Below, piece by piece: positions 51,420 through 64,000 of a stretch of DNA of 64,000 nt (positions are counted from its first letter, which is position 1; the number at the start of each line of letters is the position of its first letter). Source of the stretch: Eledone cirrhosa (Eukaryota); assembly GCA_964016885.1 (NCBI GenBank), contig OZ024745.1, positions 101,866,001 to 101,930,000 on the forward strand. The letters are read 5' to 3'. The notes under the pieces were generated by a model. It did no database searches. It was given only the letters and a program-made list of their open reading frames with translations, and was not told the DNA's origin. The position numbers were made by a program, and so were the translations under genes.

Positions 51420-53749
51420 TTCATGCCTGTCTGTGTGAGAGAGTGAGTGATGAAAGATTAGTAGACATGCAGGTAGGTGATCAGTTGTCATCAACATCAT
51501 AAAAGAATAACTGAGTAAGTGAATGTTTCACCAGTTTCATTGGATAAGCCTGACATAAATCATAGGCAGTCATTTCCATTAAAGTTTGACAAATGCTCTC
51601 ATGCCTGACATGCATGTTTATGTGTTTTTATCACTATATTTTCCACATGCATACAAATGTACATGTACATACCATAATAATAACTAATGATGTCAATGGA
51701 CCAATAAAGGAGTCCCCATGTAGTTGTTCAGCTTGCTAGAAATAACAGCCAAATAACTCTCAAATTGCACACAACACCAGAAGAAAGTAAAGAATACATT
51801 GGATAATTTAATCCTAACTACATTATGCTTGAAAAAAAATGGGATGGTCAAGGCTGGAATGCTTTTCAACATAGGTCTGCTTGATCAGTGTTAACCCAAG
51901 CTAAACAACAATAACATTAATAATGATTTAAACTTGAATTAACCAGAGCAATAATACATATTTTCAATAAGTCAGAAATAGAGTTGTATTTATATATCCA
52001 TATATCAGAATTGTAGTCAGTTACTGCTGGCTGGTTAATGATGATATATTTTGATGTTTACTTCAAGTTATCATGTATTTGTCTCAGAACAGTTGCCAGT
52101 AGTTATTCCGCTGGATGGTTATTGATGATATATGTTGATGTTTGCTCAGTTTTCCTGTATTTCTCCAATCTCACATCTATAGAAATGTAAAAGTCGTTAA
52201 GTACATCGATTCCAGAATTAATTGCTATTGACTAGAATAATTGAAATAATTTCTTCTTTTTTTTCTTCCACTCAGTTGGAACATAGAATTTAAAGTTTAC
52301 ATAAGTTCTAGTAGAATTGTTCTAGTGGAATTAATGTCACAGTATCTTAATTAATATTGAAGATAGATCCTAAACTGACATAGGAAATTTAGTTGAATGC
52401 CAAACAAAGTGCCTTATAGTATTTAGATATATCCCTTTGCCTGCAGAGTTCAAATCATATGAATATTAAGTTTACCTTTCATTCTTTTGGGGTTGCTTCT
52501 CCTGCTTAGCAATAGTTCATCTCTGATCTGGCAATCAAAGGTGTTTCTGTGGCAACCATTTCGTGTTTTTTGGTATATTGTTTTTTGTTGATTTTTTTTT
52601 GTTTCAGACACTTGGCAGCAAATTAATGTGTCTTTCTTTTAAGATGGTTAACCCAAAATTGTGGTGTTGATAAAATGATACTAGTCTGGACTAATTAAAT
52701 TGTCTAAATACTTAAATACTTAAAACAAAATTTGTTGTGTTATATCATTGTAAGAAAACCTTAAAGATATTGTAATGTAATAGAAAAAATATATTTCTAT
52801 AGGGCTTCAAGAACAAACTGGAAGGATCAAATTGTTGGTAACTTATGTGGGTGAGAGATGATTGACAGGCTTGTTTAAGGTAGTGATTGATCAGAGGAGA
52901 GTGATTGATTATAGATCTATAGATGTATTGTTATTAAGTATGTAGTGAAAGGAAATAAAAATAACAAAAAGTGTTTAAAGATAGCTGAGACACATTGTAG
53001 AATCTAGTTTATTATCATCATTTTTATGCCTGATTTTTCATGTAGGCATAGGTTCGATGAGATATTTTGAAACAATATTCTACAGCTTCTACAGCTAAAT
53101 GCCCTCTCTGATGCCACCTTTTATTTTTAAGTACAATGTTTTATTACACTTATCTTTCCAGTGAACTGCAAGATGTATTGATTATGCAGAGCATAAACAA
53201 ACATCATTGGATGTCCAAACAAAGATGTTTGTTTATGTTCTCCATAACTCTAATTGTTATGTTGGTCATACAAGTAAACATTCTCTTGAAGGCTCAATAT
53301 GCATTTAAAACAACGGTATAGGTGATTCAGTGAATTACTTGTGGTGGTACTAAAACAAGCACTCAATGCACAGGCAGAGTGTATATATTAAAAAAAACGA
53401 TGAAGTTTCATTTACGTGTATTTAAATTTTTATTGGATTGGCTCAGGGTCACCCATTGGAGTTATCGACTCAACCCCATTATCGATCTGTTCTCTCTCTC
53501 TATATATATATAAATATATATACATATATATGGGATAACAAATTATTGTTATAGGTAATCCAGCTAGAAGTTGTGAGTACTCTGCATCGTGGATAGTTTT
53601 AACGTATGGTTTTGTTTAACTCAACAAGATGTATCCATAGTTAGGCAGCGAGTTCGTGGGAATTCCTATGTAGGTTATACTTGGAGTAATAATAGTGAAA
53701 GAATGAAGAGTAACATGGTTGGCTGTACAACAAGGGGCTTTATTTCAGG

Positions 53750-53858
53750 TATTAACAATTGTTTCATTGATCAGGTGAGTCTAGAGGCCGCTAATCGCTT
53801 GAAGTTGCGTCACTCGATCTCCATTACATTATTTACCTCTGACCAAATCTTCAGAATA
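53750..53858 (-). ncRNA. Type-I hammerhead ribozyme with a very long stem-II insertion
   Basis: Minus TATT-CTGAAGA-T-TTGGTCAG...(~65 nt)...CTGATCAA-T-GAAA-CAATTG-TT-AATA. Confidence 0.7.
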
Positions 53859-54215
53859 TGAATAATCTATACATGGCAACATATATATAGAGAAATAGCA
53901 AATAATCAAAACAATAACATCAATAATAAAATATATGGTAAATAGGTAAAGAAGTTACAGATGTAAAAAGTAAAAGATAAGAAAAAAGATACAGTATAAA
54001 AGTAAGAAAATGGAAAAATAATAAAAATATAAAGAAGTAAGGATAAGTGAGTGTATATAAGTACAGAATATGATAGTGGTGGTGGTGAGTAAGTGTCTCT
54101 ATAAGGATGTGGTGGATTTAGTGCTAACATGAAAAGTCATATTCGAAACATACATAGATACATGTAGAGAGTCTATATATATAAACTGCCTTCTACTAAT
54201 GGGCTCAAGCTTGTT

Positions 54216-56660
54216 TTGGGCGACTTCAATGCACATCTGAGTAAAGAGGGCAGTGAAGATCCTTGCTGGTACTTCCATAACAACACCAACCGAAATGGAA
54301 GACTATTGAGAGACACCGTGCTGGAGGCGAACTTGATAGCGACCAACCTAAGGTTTAGGAAGAATCCGGGGAAGATGTGGACCTACATCTCAGATATGCA
54401 CCTGTCCAAGTCCCAGATTGATTTCATTCTGGTGAGGAAAAGGTGGCGGAATAGTGTTCTGAACACAGAACCATACAACTGTTTCAGTACACTGGGTAGT
54501 GACCAGCAGCTTGTTATGAGTGAGGTCCAGGTGAGCTTAAGAAAGAGCAAGGCTCAGCCCCGGAGAGCAATCTATGACTGGGGAGCTTTCAAGGAAGATG
54601 ATAAGCTAAAGGAGAGGTTCACAGTGGAAGTCAGGAACAGGTTCAGTGCTCTGTGTGGAGAGACAGAGGAGAGAGAGATTGGATGGACTGAGGAGAGTGT
54701 GACAAGGAGGTACGGGCACTTCATCGATGCAGTGGCGGAAGCAAGTGAGACCCTGGTGCCGAGGAGAAAGAACAAAAGGAAGCACGTCAGCTCTGCAGAC
54801 CCAAAAGTGTGTGCAGCCAGAGAACACCTGAAAGCTACCAAGGACCAATTCTATGCTGATCCTACGAAGGAGCAGATGGAGATTGTGGCGGTGATGAGGG
54901 AAGAACTCTGTACCGCTTACACTGAGGCCAGAGAGGACGCACTGATAGAGAAGATCAGAAGTGTGGAGAGAGTGGTTGACAGGTCTGGATGTAAGGAGAG
55001 CTGGATGATGATTCACGAGATCACAGAGAGGAAGAGAAGGTGTTCGAGTCAGATTCAGGGAACAGGGCCTGAGGATAGGAAGAGGAAATGGCTAGACCAT
55101 TTTAGGACCCTACTAGGAGAGCCACCCTCCACAGCCCAGAGCACTGGAAAGATCAGGTGGCTGTTTGAAGAACCGGATATTGAGACAGAGCCCTTCACCA
55201 GAGAGGAGCTTCAGAGAGCCAAGAAGAAGATCAAGGAGAGCAAAGCTCATGGAGAAGATGGAGTGGCATCAGAGGTGATGAAGAGGTGTGATTTTGATGA
55301 TATCATCCTGGGGTTCTGTAACCAGGCACTGGAGAAAGGAGTTGCCCCGAATCAGTGGAGGATCAGTAACATCGTCCCAGTGCCAAAGAAGGGAGATCTC
55401 TCTAACACCAACAACTACAGGGGGATCTCACTGACGTCACTTGTGGCAAAGACCCTCAACAGGATGATTCTTAACAGCATCCAGCCTGAGATGGAGAAGA
55501 AGCTCAGGGACAACCAGAACGGCTTCAGAGAGGGAAGATCAACCATCAGTCACATCATGATGCTGAGGAGGATATTAGAGAAAGCTAGAGCAAAGTACCT
55601 TCCTGCGGTCATGGTTTTCATTGACTTTAGGAAGGCCTTTGATTCTGTGGACCATCACTGCCTGATGAAGAACTTACAGGCTTATGGAATCCCAAAGAAG
55701 ATAGTGGACCTGATATCACTGCTCTACACCAACGCCAAAGCCCAAGTCATTACACCTGATGGGATGACAGAGTTCTTTGAGATACTGGCTGGAGTGCTCC
55801 AGGTAGATACATTGGCTCCCTACCTTTTTATCATCGTAGTGGACTATTGTATGCGCCTTGCACTGGAGAAACACCAAGACTCTGGCTTTACTGTACCACT
55901 GGCTCAGAGCAGGAGAGTTAAGGCGAAAAAGATATCGGATGCTGAATTTGCCGACAACATAGTTTTGGTGACAAATACAGTGAAGGAGGCAGAGGATTTG
56001 ATGCAGGAGGTTGAGACTGTGTCAATGAGTGTGGGGCTGAGAATGAATGAGACTAAAACAAAATATCTGGTAGAGAATGTTGAGAAGCCAGAGGGGATCA
56101 CTAATGTAGGCGGGAAGCCACTAGAATTGGTTGAGGACTTCCTGTATTTGGGAGCAAAGATTGGGAATACGGAAGATGATGTGGTTGAGAGGAAGAGCAA
56201 AGCCTGGGCGGCGTGCCACAGCTTGAGATCGGTGTGGAAGTCGGACCTTTGTAAAGACCTGAAAATTCGCCTCTTCATTGCTGTAGTGGAGTCTGTGCTG
56301 CTGCATGGGTCTGAGACTTGGACACTGACCAAGAAACTCACTCAGATAGTGGATGGGTGCTATATGAGAATGCTGAGGATGGCTCTGAACATTAATCAGT
56401 ATACACTGAGGATGAAAAACTCAGAGCTGTATGGGAGCCTCCCAAAAGTCAGCTCAAAAGTGACACAGAGGAGACTGAGGTTAGCTGGACATGCTCACCG
56501 ACATCCAGAGTTGACATTGCACTCAGTGCTCCTGTGGGAGACCCTACATGGACACACTGGAAGAGGAAGACCAAGGTTAACGTATGTTGATGCCCTAAGG
56601 ACAGACACTGGTCTGTTGGAGACGCAGGTCATGGCAGCGATAATGAGGGACCTCGAATAG
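54216..56660 (+). mobile_element. 5'-truncated RTE-clade LINE with an 814-aa open APE-RT frame but mutated catalytic motifs
   Basis: GDFNAH, SQIDFIL, NYRGISL, FIDFRKAFDSV, GVLQVD (for QGD), FADN (for ADD), LHGSETW, RRLRLAGH, GRGRPR. Confidence 0.92.
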
Positions 56661-58056
56661 GAGAGATCTCATCCATGGATCTCAGGAATTTTACCCGCTC
56701 TAGATAGATATATAAGCTTCCACATAATTTCCATCTACTAAATTTCATTTCACTCACAAAGCATTGGTCAATTTGAGTCCATAGTAGAAGGCAGTTACTA
56801 TAGGTGCCACACAAAGGGATCAAAGCCAAAGCCATGCCTTAACCACACAGTCATACAACTACGACTGCAGCTATGGTTAAAAAGATAATTCTCAAGAATG
56901 AATTTGAACCTAGTCAAATGTGGTCATATCATCCTCTTCAAAATTAAGTTTGTGATCAGACAAAATAATTTATGTCTATTATCCAGACACTTGAGAGTTT
57001 TTGTTGTTATCTATTTCAAGTTATGATTGATCAAACAAATCTATGATCAAAGGCTTTTCAAGAAATGATCATTTTATTTTTCTAAATATATTCTATCTAG
57101 GAGTACATTATTCAATTATTCAATGTATATATTTTTTTTCAATGATAGAGTGGGAGATTTGACTGGTATTTCTATTCTATATAGTTCTTGACACTCCGAC
57201 AGGTTTGGCAGAAAACATTTAGTTTGAACTGTTGGAAGCTAGTGGCTGATAGAAAAGTAGACAGAAAAAAGATTTACAGTAGGTCACATTTCTATGAAAG
57301 AAAGATTGTATAAAATGCTTAATGTAAGCTCAAGAACTATGAGAGGTAAGTTGTGATGGTAGGAGGAAAGAGAGATAAAATGAGAGTGTGTAGGTGGTCT
57401 AATGAGCTGTGATTATTGCAGTGGTGGTTGAAAGAAGATGACTGTGATGGTGAGTAAGTGACTTGATAATATAGGTGAATGTAGATTTTCTAATCAGTTA
57501 TAGATATATATTTTTGTTTAAAATCTATAATTATATGTATGTAAGCAAGCATAGCTATGTGATTAAGAACTTTGCCATGTAATGTCATCTGTTTCAATGT
57601 GCTTGAGTAACCTGACAGGTTTTATGATCCTGGTTAAAATCGATAGGTGAGACTATATTTCAGGTGACGTAATCAATGAACTCTCTTATCACACATGATA
57701 AAAGATTATGCTGTCAATAACAATAATTGTGTTTTTTTTATATAAATGTTTTAGCTGACTCATTGGTATGTGTGACGGGAGAGAAGGTTTCCTTGGGTAC
57801 AGTTCTCTCAAAAGTTGTTTCTGGTCACTAATAAGAGGAAATTGATTCAGAATATTAAATGATGTGATTCAATTACCTTGTTTTATAAAGCTGAGAGGTT
57901 AGGCTTGGGTAGTTGGAAAGATCAATGCAAATCAGACATACTCACACATACACATCACTCTCTCTCTCTCTAAATATATGTATATATATGTGTGCCAAGA
58001 GTTTCTGAAGAAATAGATCAAGGAGAAAAACATGATGCATACTCAACACAAATACA

Positions 58057-58133
58057 TGCTACCTAAGGTTTCAAACTTCAACCAACATAGGACATAGATA
58101 TTCTATGTCAGCTAGTTTAGTTATCATCAGGCA
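58057..58133 (-). ncRNA. Type-I hammerhead ribozyme with extended stem II
   Basis: Minus TGC-CTGATGA-TAACT AAACTAGC T GACATAGA ATA TCTATGTC CTAT GTTGGTT GA AGTTT-GAAA-CCTTAGG-TA-GCA. Confidence 0.75.
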
Positions 58134-58293
58134 AAACATTTTGAAATATACATATATGTATATTATTCTGAGATGTAACTTATCGATTTATCGATATCCT
58201 CTTATTGAGTGCTTCATGCAAAGCTTCCAAATAGTGTTTTTTTTTGCAGATGCTGGCCATCGATGCAACTTCAATTTTACTCACTTCCACCCT

Positions 58294-61200
58294 TATCATC
58301 ATCATCGTCATCATTTTACGTCCGCTTTTCCCTGCTTGCAAGGGTGGGACGGGTCTTATTCAGCACAGCATCTCTCCACTTGTCACGGTCCTTCGTCATC
58401 TCCACCGTGAGCTTCAATGATCTGAGGTCTGTTCTCACCACCTCCGTCCATGTTTTTCGTGGTCTACCTCTACCACGTCTTCCTTCAACTGGCATTTCCT
58501 GGCACTTCTTCACCCATCAGTCATCCTCCATGCGCATCACATGTCCATACCACCTCAGTCTCCTCTCCCGTACACTACATTCTTTCCCTCTCAGACACAG
58601 TTTCTCTCTCAACACATTTATGCTGGGTCGTTCACGCACATTTACACTGCACATCCAACGGAGCATGCTTGCCTCATTTCTCTCCAGCCGTCGCATATCC
58701 TCTGCAGTTGCTGCCCATGTCTCACTACCATGCAGCATCGCGCTCCTCACACAGGTATCATACAACCGTCCTCTCGTACGCAGGGAGAAACCCGTCTTCA
58801 TCAACAGAGGAAGCAGCTCCCTAAACTTCTTCCAACCCGTCCTTATTCTAGATACTATGGCCTCGGAACACCCTCCTACCATGCTAATCTGATCTCATAG
58901 GTACCGGAAGCTATCCACCACTTCTATAGCGCCCTCCTGCATCTGAAAAATGTGTCTATCAATGCGACTTCTACTGTCTAATTCCCTATACATCTACTGC
59001 ATACATATTTCTCCCTACCTGTTAGTTTGCCTGCTATCCCGCTACATCTCTTGTGTACCCAGGACCTGCATTGTGTGCATTTTATAGAATTTATGCCAGC
59101 TCCTTTTCTGCATATCGAACATGGCCATTTCCCTGACGGAATCAGGGTTTTGTCCTCTTTTCTACTCATCAACACTTTTGTCTTAGCTAGATTCACTCTC
59201 AGTCCTCTTGCTTCCAACTGCTGTTTCCATAGCCAGAATTTATTCTCTAGCTCCTCTACTGATTCTGCTATAAGAACCAGATCGTCAGCATAGAGAAGTT
59301 CCCATGGACAGCCAGTCTTAAACTCCTCTGTTATGGCTTGGAGGACTATAATGAACAAGAGCGGGCTGAGGACCGAACCCTGATGTACTCCTACTTGTAT
59401 CTGGAACTCCTCACTAAACTCCATTCCTACCCTGACTTTACTGAGAGTACCTCTGTACAAAGTTTGCACTGTCCTCACAAGCCATTCCTCAACACCTAGC
59501 TTCCTTAGAGACCACCAGATGACAGATCGGGGTACCCTATCAAAGGCCTTCTCTAGGTCAACAAAGGCTAAGTATAGTGGCTTATTCTTCTCTAAGAACC
59601 TCTCCTGCAATTGTCTCACCAAGAAGAGGGCATCTGTTGTACTCTTCCCAGGCACAAAACCAAACTGCATCTCATCTAGTTTGACCCTTTCTCTAATTAG
59701 TTGTGCTAAAATCCTTTCTGCCACTTTCATAACCTGATCTATCAGTTTTATACCCCTATAATTGCTCCTCTCCAGAGCATCCCCTTTACCTTTGTAGCAA
59801 TTTATGAGAATACTGCTGCACGAGTCTTTGGGTATGACACCACCATATATAGCCTGATTGATGATGCGTGCAACCAGTTTAGTGCCTACGTCCCCTGATG
59901 CCTTCAGCATCTCAGCAACTATTCCCGATGGTCTGGCAGCCTTACAATTTTTCATTTCCCTAATCGCCTCTTGGACCCTATTTTCGTCAATCTCAATAGC
60001 TGGTCCCTCTGTCGGATCTACCAAGGGTAATTTCTCTCTCTCCCATTTGTTCTCCACATTCATCAATCTCTCATAATGACATTTCCGGGCCTCCTTTTTC
60101 TGATCATTCGTGACACTAAGTACACCGGCATCATCCCGGACACATTTATCTCCAACAACATCCTGATTTGCATTGACACACTGCCTTGCAATGTGGAACA
60201 CCGCACGCCTCTGATCTTCCCGTCGCAGAACATTGGCAAACCTCCTACTCTCTGCCTCCCTGCGTGCTAAGTACACCTGACGTCTAGCTTCTCTCTTAGT
60301 GGCTGTATATTCTTCCCTACTCCCACCCTTTTTCCAAGCCTTCCATGCTAGTCTTTTGTCTCTAATAGCCTTATCTACTGTGCTGTTCCACCACCAGGTC
60401 ACTCTCTGTCTGGTTGGAGCTCTGCTCCAGCCACAAGTTTCATCAGTAGCCTGCAGCAAGTTGTCACGTAAGAAATTCCAGTTATTATCTATGTCATACG
60501 TCTCTAAATCGTCTTCTTTTTCGTCATATACATCTTGAAGGGCTTTCCTAAATTTGTATTTTAGTGAAAGGTCTTTTAGCTTCCAGACCTTTCTTCTCCA
60601 CACCTTCCTATATGTCTCATTCCATCTCTTGCTTACTGAGATATCACTAACAACTAATGTTGTGGGGTACCTTCTTCCCCAGGGTATGCCTTGGTATTAG
60701 ACACTATCTGCCTGTCCCGCTGCCTAACTAGTAAGAAGTCAATCTGGCTTATGTGCTCACCAGATTTGTAGGTTATTAGGTGATTGGCAGGTTTCTGGAA
60801 GTTTGTGTTGTAAATAGTCAATGTACATGCATCACAAAATTCAAGAAGTCTCACTCCTTCTTCATTTCTTGAACCGTAACCGTGCCCACCATGTGCCCCA
60901 GTGTAACCATCCTGGAGCTGTCCAACATAACCATTGAAGTCTCCTGCTAGCATAACGATGTCTCCGTCCTCTGTCATTGCGGTTGTTTGTAAAAGTTGCT
61001 CATAAAAGGAGTCTTTCTCATCTTTGCCTAGGCCTGCTTGGGGAGCATAGGCCGAGATGATTAATCTAAGCTTAATTATTCGATTACTAACTCGAACTAC
61101 CTCTATTGTCTTATTGATCCATTTCTCAGCCAGGAAAATGCCTACTCCCCCTAACCCATCATCCTTACCTACCCAGAATAGCTTATAGCTAAGATGTTTG

Positions 61201-61500
61201 CCTACGACTAGTCTCGCAGAGGCACCTCTCCATCTCACCTCTTGCACGCAGCCCACATCCACCTGCCTTCTCTCCAGCATCTCCGCTATTTCAGCAGATC
61301 TACCTCTGAGAGTGCCAACATTAAGTGTTGTAGCTCTGAGATGCGACGTCTTCATATTTTGTTGTTGTTCCTATTTGTTGCTGTGCTGATAAGCGTTTTG
61401 GCATTGATACACTGGTTGGATGCCCTTCCTAACACCAGCGCCACTTTACAGCATGGACTGGGTGCTTTTATTTGTGCCACCAGCACTAGAGAGGATGTCT
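58294..61500 (-). mobile_element. Near full-length RTE LINE (APE + RT + PHD-like Cys finger), disrupted by stop/frameshift
   Basis: ORFs 60654-61355 (TLNVGTL, VQEVRW, SAYAPQ, GDFNG), 58978-60603 (NYRGIKL, DLEKAFDRV, HQGSVLSP, LYADD), 58517-58882; (ATG)n tail. Confidence 0.95.
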
Positions 61501-62113
61501 TACTAGACTCAAGGGCCCTCTCTACCCCTCCATTTTACAGCCTGGTCATAAAAAAAAAAAAAATCATATTGACACGACGCACACACACACACTCACACAC
61601 CAAAACTCATGCATACAAACCACAACCACACACACGCCACTCATATACCAACACTCATTCATGCATACAAACACACACACCACTCACAAACACACATATA
61701 TATATATATATATTACCGGCAGTACTGATACAAATACAAAATCAAAATCAATATCAACTGTTGTCCTTTCCCAGTCCAGTTCAGCTTGTATATAATAATA
61801 ATAATAATTGTTTGCTTTACGCTGGTAATGGCGGTGGTGGTGGTGAATGGTGGTGGATGGTGTCAGTGTAGTGATGGTGGTGGCAGTTGTTGGTGCTGTA
61901 GTTGTTATTGTATTTGCTGTTGCTGTTGCTGTCGTTGTTGTTGTTCTTCTTCTTCATTTCACTGTTGTTGTTGCTGCAGGCAATGGTGTTGATGCTATTG
62001 CAGTCGCATATATATAAATACATACATACACACACATTCAACACTGACAATTGTGTTGTTGCCATTGTTATTGTTGGTGTTGCTGCTGTTGTTGTTATAT
62101 ATATATATATATA

Positions 62114-62255
62114 TTCAGAAGACCCCATTAAGGTTGAAACCAGCGATTCTTTGCTTAAACTTTAATCTGTTCTTATAATTGTTCTACGAGTTTATATATA
62201 TTTTATATATATATAATCCTTATCGAGCCCTCTTCGGATTTTAGTCTTCACATTT
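62114..62255. mobile_element. Terminal fragment of the 13.7-14.8 kb fold-back family, between (TA)n tracts
   Basis: Reverse-complement similarity to ~13717-13862 (CAGCGATTCTTTGCTTAAACTTTAATCTGTT; GGATTTTAGTCTTCA). Confidence 0.75.
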
Positions 62256-62274
62256 ATTATTACTATTATTATAC

Positions 62275-62329
<55 letters not shown>

Positions 62330-62385
62330 ATAACACTTAATTTTAAATCTTTAATTTTTATTTCTTTTTAACTGTAATACTCAAC

Positions 62386-62433
62386 AACATTTGATAAGAT
62401 GGATTTCACTGATACATCGAAACTCGTTATATT
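62386..62433 (+). ncRNA. Degenerate hammerhead ribozyme
   Basis: AACAT-TTGATAA-GATG...CATC-GAAA-CTCG-TT-ATATT (two core substitutions). Confidence 0.5.
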
Positions 62434-62627
62434 TTATATATTTTATATACATTCTAAAACTCTTTTTTTTAAAAAGAATTGTACCTCTCACTTATTTCAA
62501 TAATGTCACTTTGATGTATTAAAGAAGAAAAAATGAAAAACAGATCTTTTAAATATACTTTTTGTGCTATTTCCAATTCCACTTTTTCTCTATAACCTCT
62601 GTTTTGTATAGAACTTCACTCCTTTTT

Positions 62628-62666
<39 letters not shown>

Positions 62667-62679
62667 GAAACAAATGAGG

Positions 62680-63066
62680 TCGTGTAGGTGTCATGACAAA
62701 AAAAACACACAGTCCACGCTGTAATGTGGCCGTGTAAGTAACACGGTAAAAACCTCCCAGTCCACACTGTAAACGTGGTTGGTGTTGGGAAGGGCACCCA
62801 GCCGTAGAAAACCCACCAGACGTGTAGGTGTCACGACAATAAAACACACAGTCCACGCTGTAATGTGGCCGTGTAAGTAACATGGTAAAAACCTCCCAGT
62901 CCGCACTGTAAACGTGGTTGGTGTTAGGAAGGGCATCCAGCCGTAGAAAACCCGCCAGAGTGTCCTGAGCAAGACAACCAATCTTGCCTCAAGTGGGACA
63001 ATTCCCGTCTAGATTTATGCTAGCGTGGAAAATGGATGTTAAACGATGATGATGATGATGATGATG
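62680..63066 (+). mobile_element. RTE-tailed SINE 3' part with ~140-bp internal duplication and (ATG)n tail
   Basis: AAGGGCATCCAGCCGTAGAAA core, GGAAAATGGATGTTAAACGATGATG tail. Confidence 0.75.
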
Positions 63067-63337
63067 GTATTAGTATTGGTGCTCTGAAATAGCAATGTAT
63101 ACATTCATGGCTGAAAGGCCACGGGGTCTGTATCTTGCTTATGTACAGACATTCATTCTGTCAAATGCAGAAAAGTTGTGCATGTTGACACAAACTGAAG
63201 GATCTTCCCAACTCCTTGATTGGCAAGCTTTCTACAGCTGGAGGCCCTTCCTAACACCGACCACATTACAGCATGTACAGGGTGTTTTTATCATGTAGAT
63301 CACCAGCAATATATGTATATACATTTGTATATGTATG

Positions 63338-63379
<42 letters not shown>

Positions 63380-63967
63380 CGCACAAATATATACCTAATA
63401 AATATAAACACTATAGTTTGTATTAAGTATACTTTATTTCATTTGTAAAAAAAAAAAAATGTGTAGAGATATATATCATATATCATCATCATCATCATCA
63501 CAATTTTACTACCAATTTTCCATGCTGGTGTGAGTTAGAGGATATCAGTTTAAGCAAACACTGCAAATAAATCCTACACAAGTGCATGATACATATATAT
63601 GTATGTATGTGTGTATACGCACATATATATAGAGAGAGAGATTTAAAAGAGTTGAAGTCAGTGTTGCAACATATGTACAAACTTTATTTACATATTACAA
63701 TTTTTTTCAATATCGATCACCTCAGGGTACAATGAAGGTGACAGGGCCTGCCTCTTTTTCGACATAGATGGTTGAAAAGGGAGCTAAAGTTCTATACAAA
63801 ACAAAGGTTATATTTAAAAAGTATATTCAAAGATTATTTTTTCTGTAATCTGCCAGAATAAATAATTTTATAATTCTTGCATTAAATATAACAGGATTCA
63901 ATTGGCATAACAATTTTATCAAATATTGAATATATAAAAAATGTTTTTTCATGTATTCTGTGAGCAG

Positions 63968-64000
<33 letters not shown>

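Noticed and set aside
61786-62165. Cys/Asn/Leu-rich ORFs
   Set aside because: Low-complexity (GTT/GGT/GCT)n tract

Overview
AT-rich eukaryotic (animal) genomic DNA, most likely a cephalopod (Octopus-like), judged from the long (TA)n/(TATG)n arrays, tRNA-derived SINEs with (CAT)n tails and the LINE content. The only host-gene sequence I can support is one 166-nt coding exon of KATNIP/KIAA0556 (28136-28301, +), so most of the window is probably intron. The rest is mobile-element debris: a 5'-truncated Tx1/L1-type LINE, several RTE LINEs and RTE-dependent SINEs, a Naiad-type Penelope-like element (RT + GIY-YIG) split by a Helitron, two more non-autonomous Helitrons, pogo/Tigger and piggyBac-type MITEs. 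The most striking signal is about 15 type-I hammerhead ribozyme motifs (CUGANGA-stem II-GAAA-short palindromic stem III-NUH, closed by stem I) from several sequence families. Several lie in non-coding fold-back (inverted-repeat) elements inserted in (TA)n, with one outward-pointing ribozyme per arm and promoter-like motifs (YY1, octamer) at the centre. All structures were folded by eye and no ribozyme activity is demonstrated. The long Ile/Tyr ORFs in the ORF track are microsatellite artefacts.
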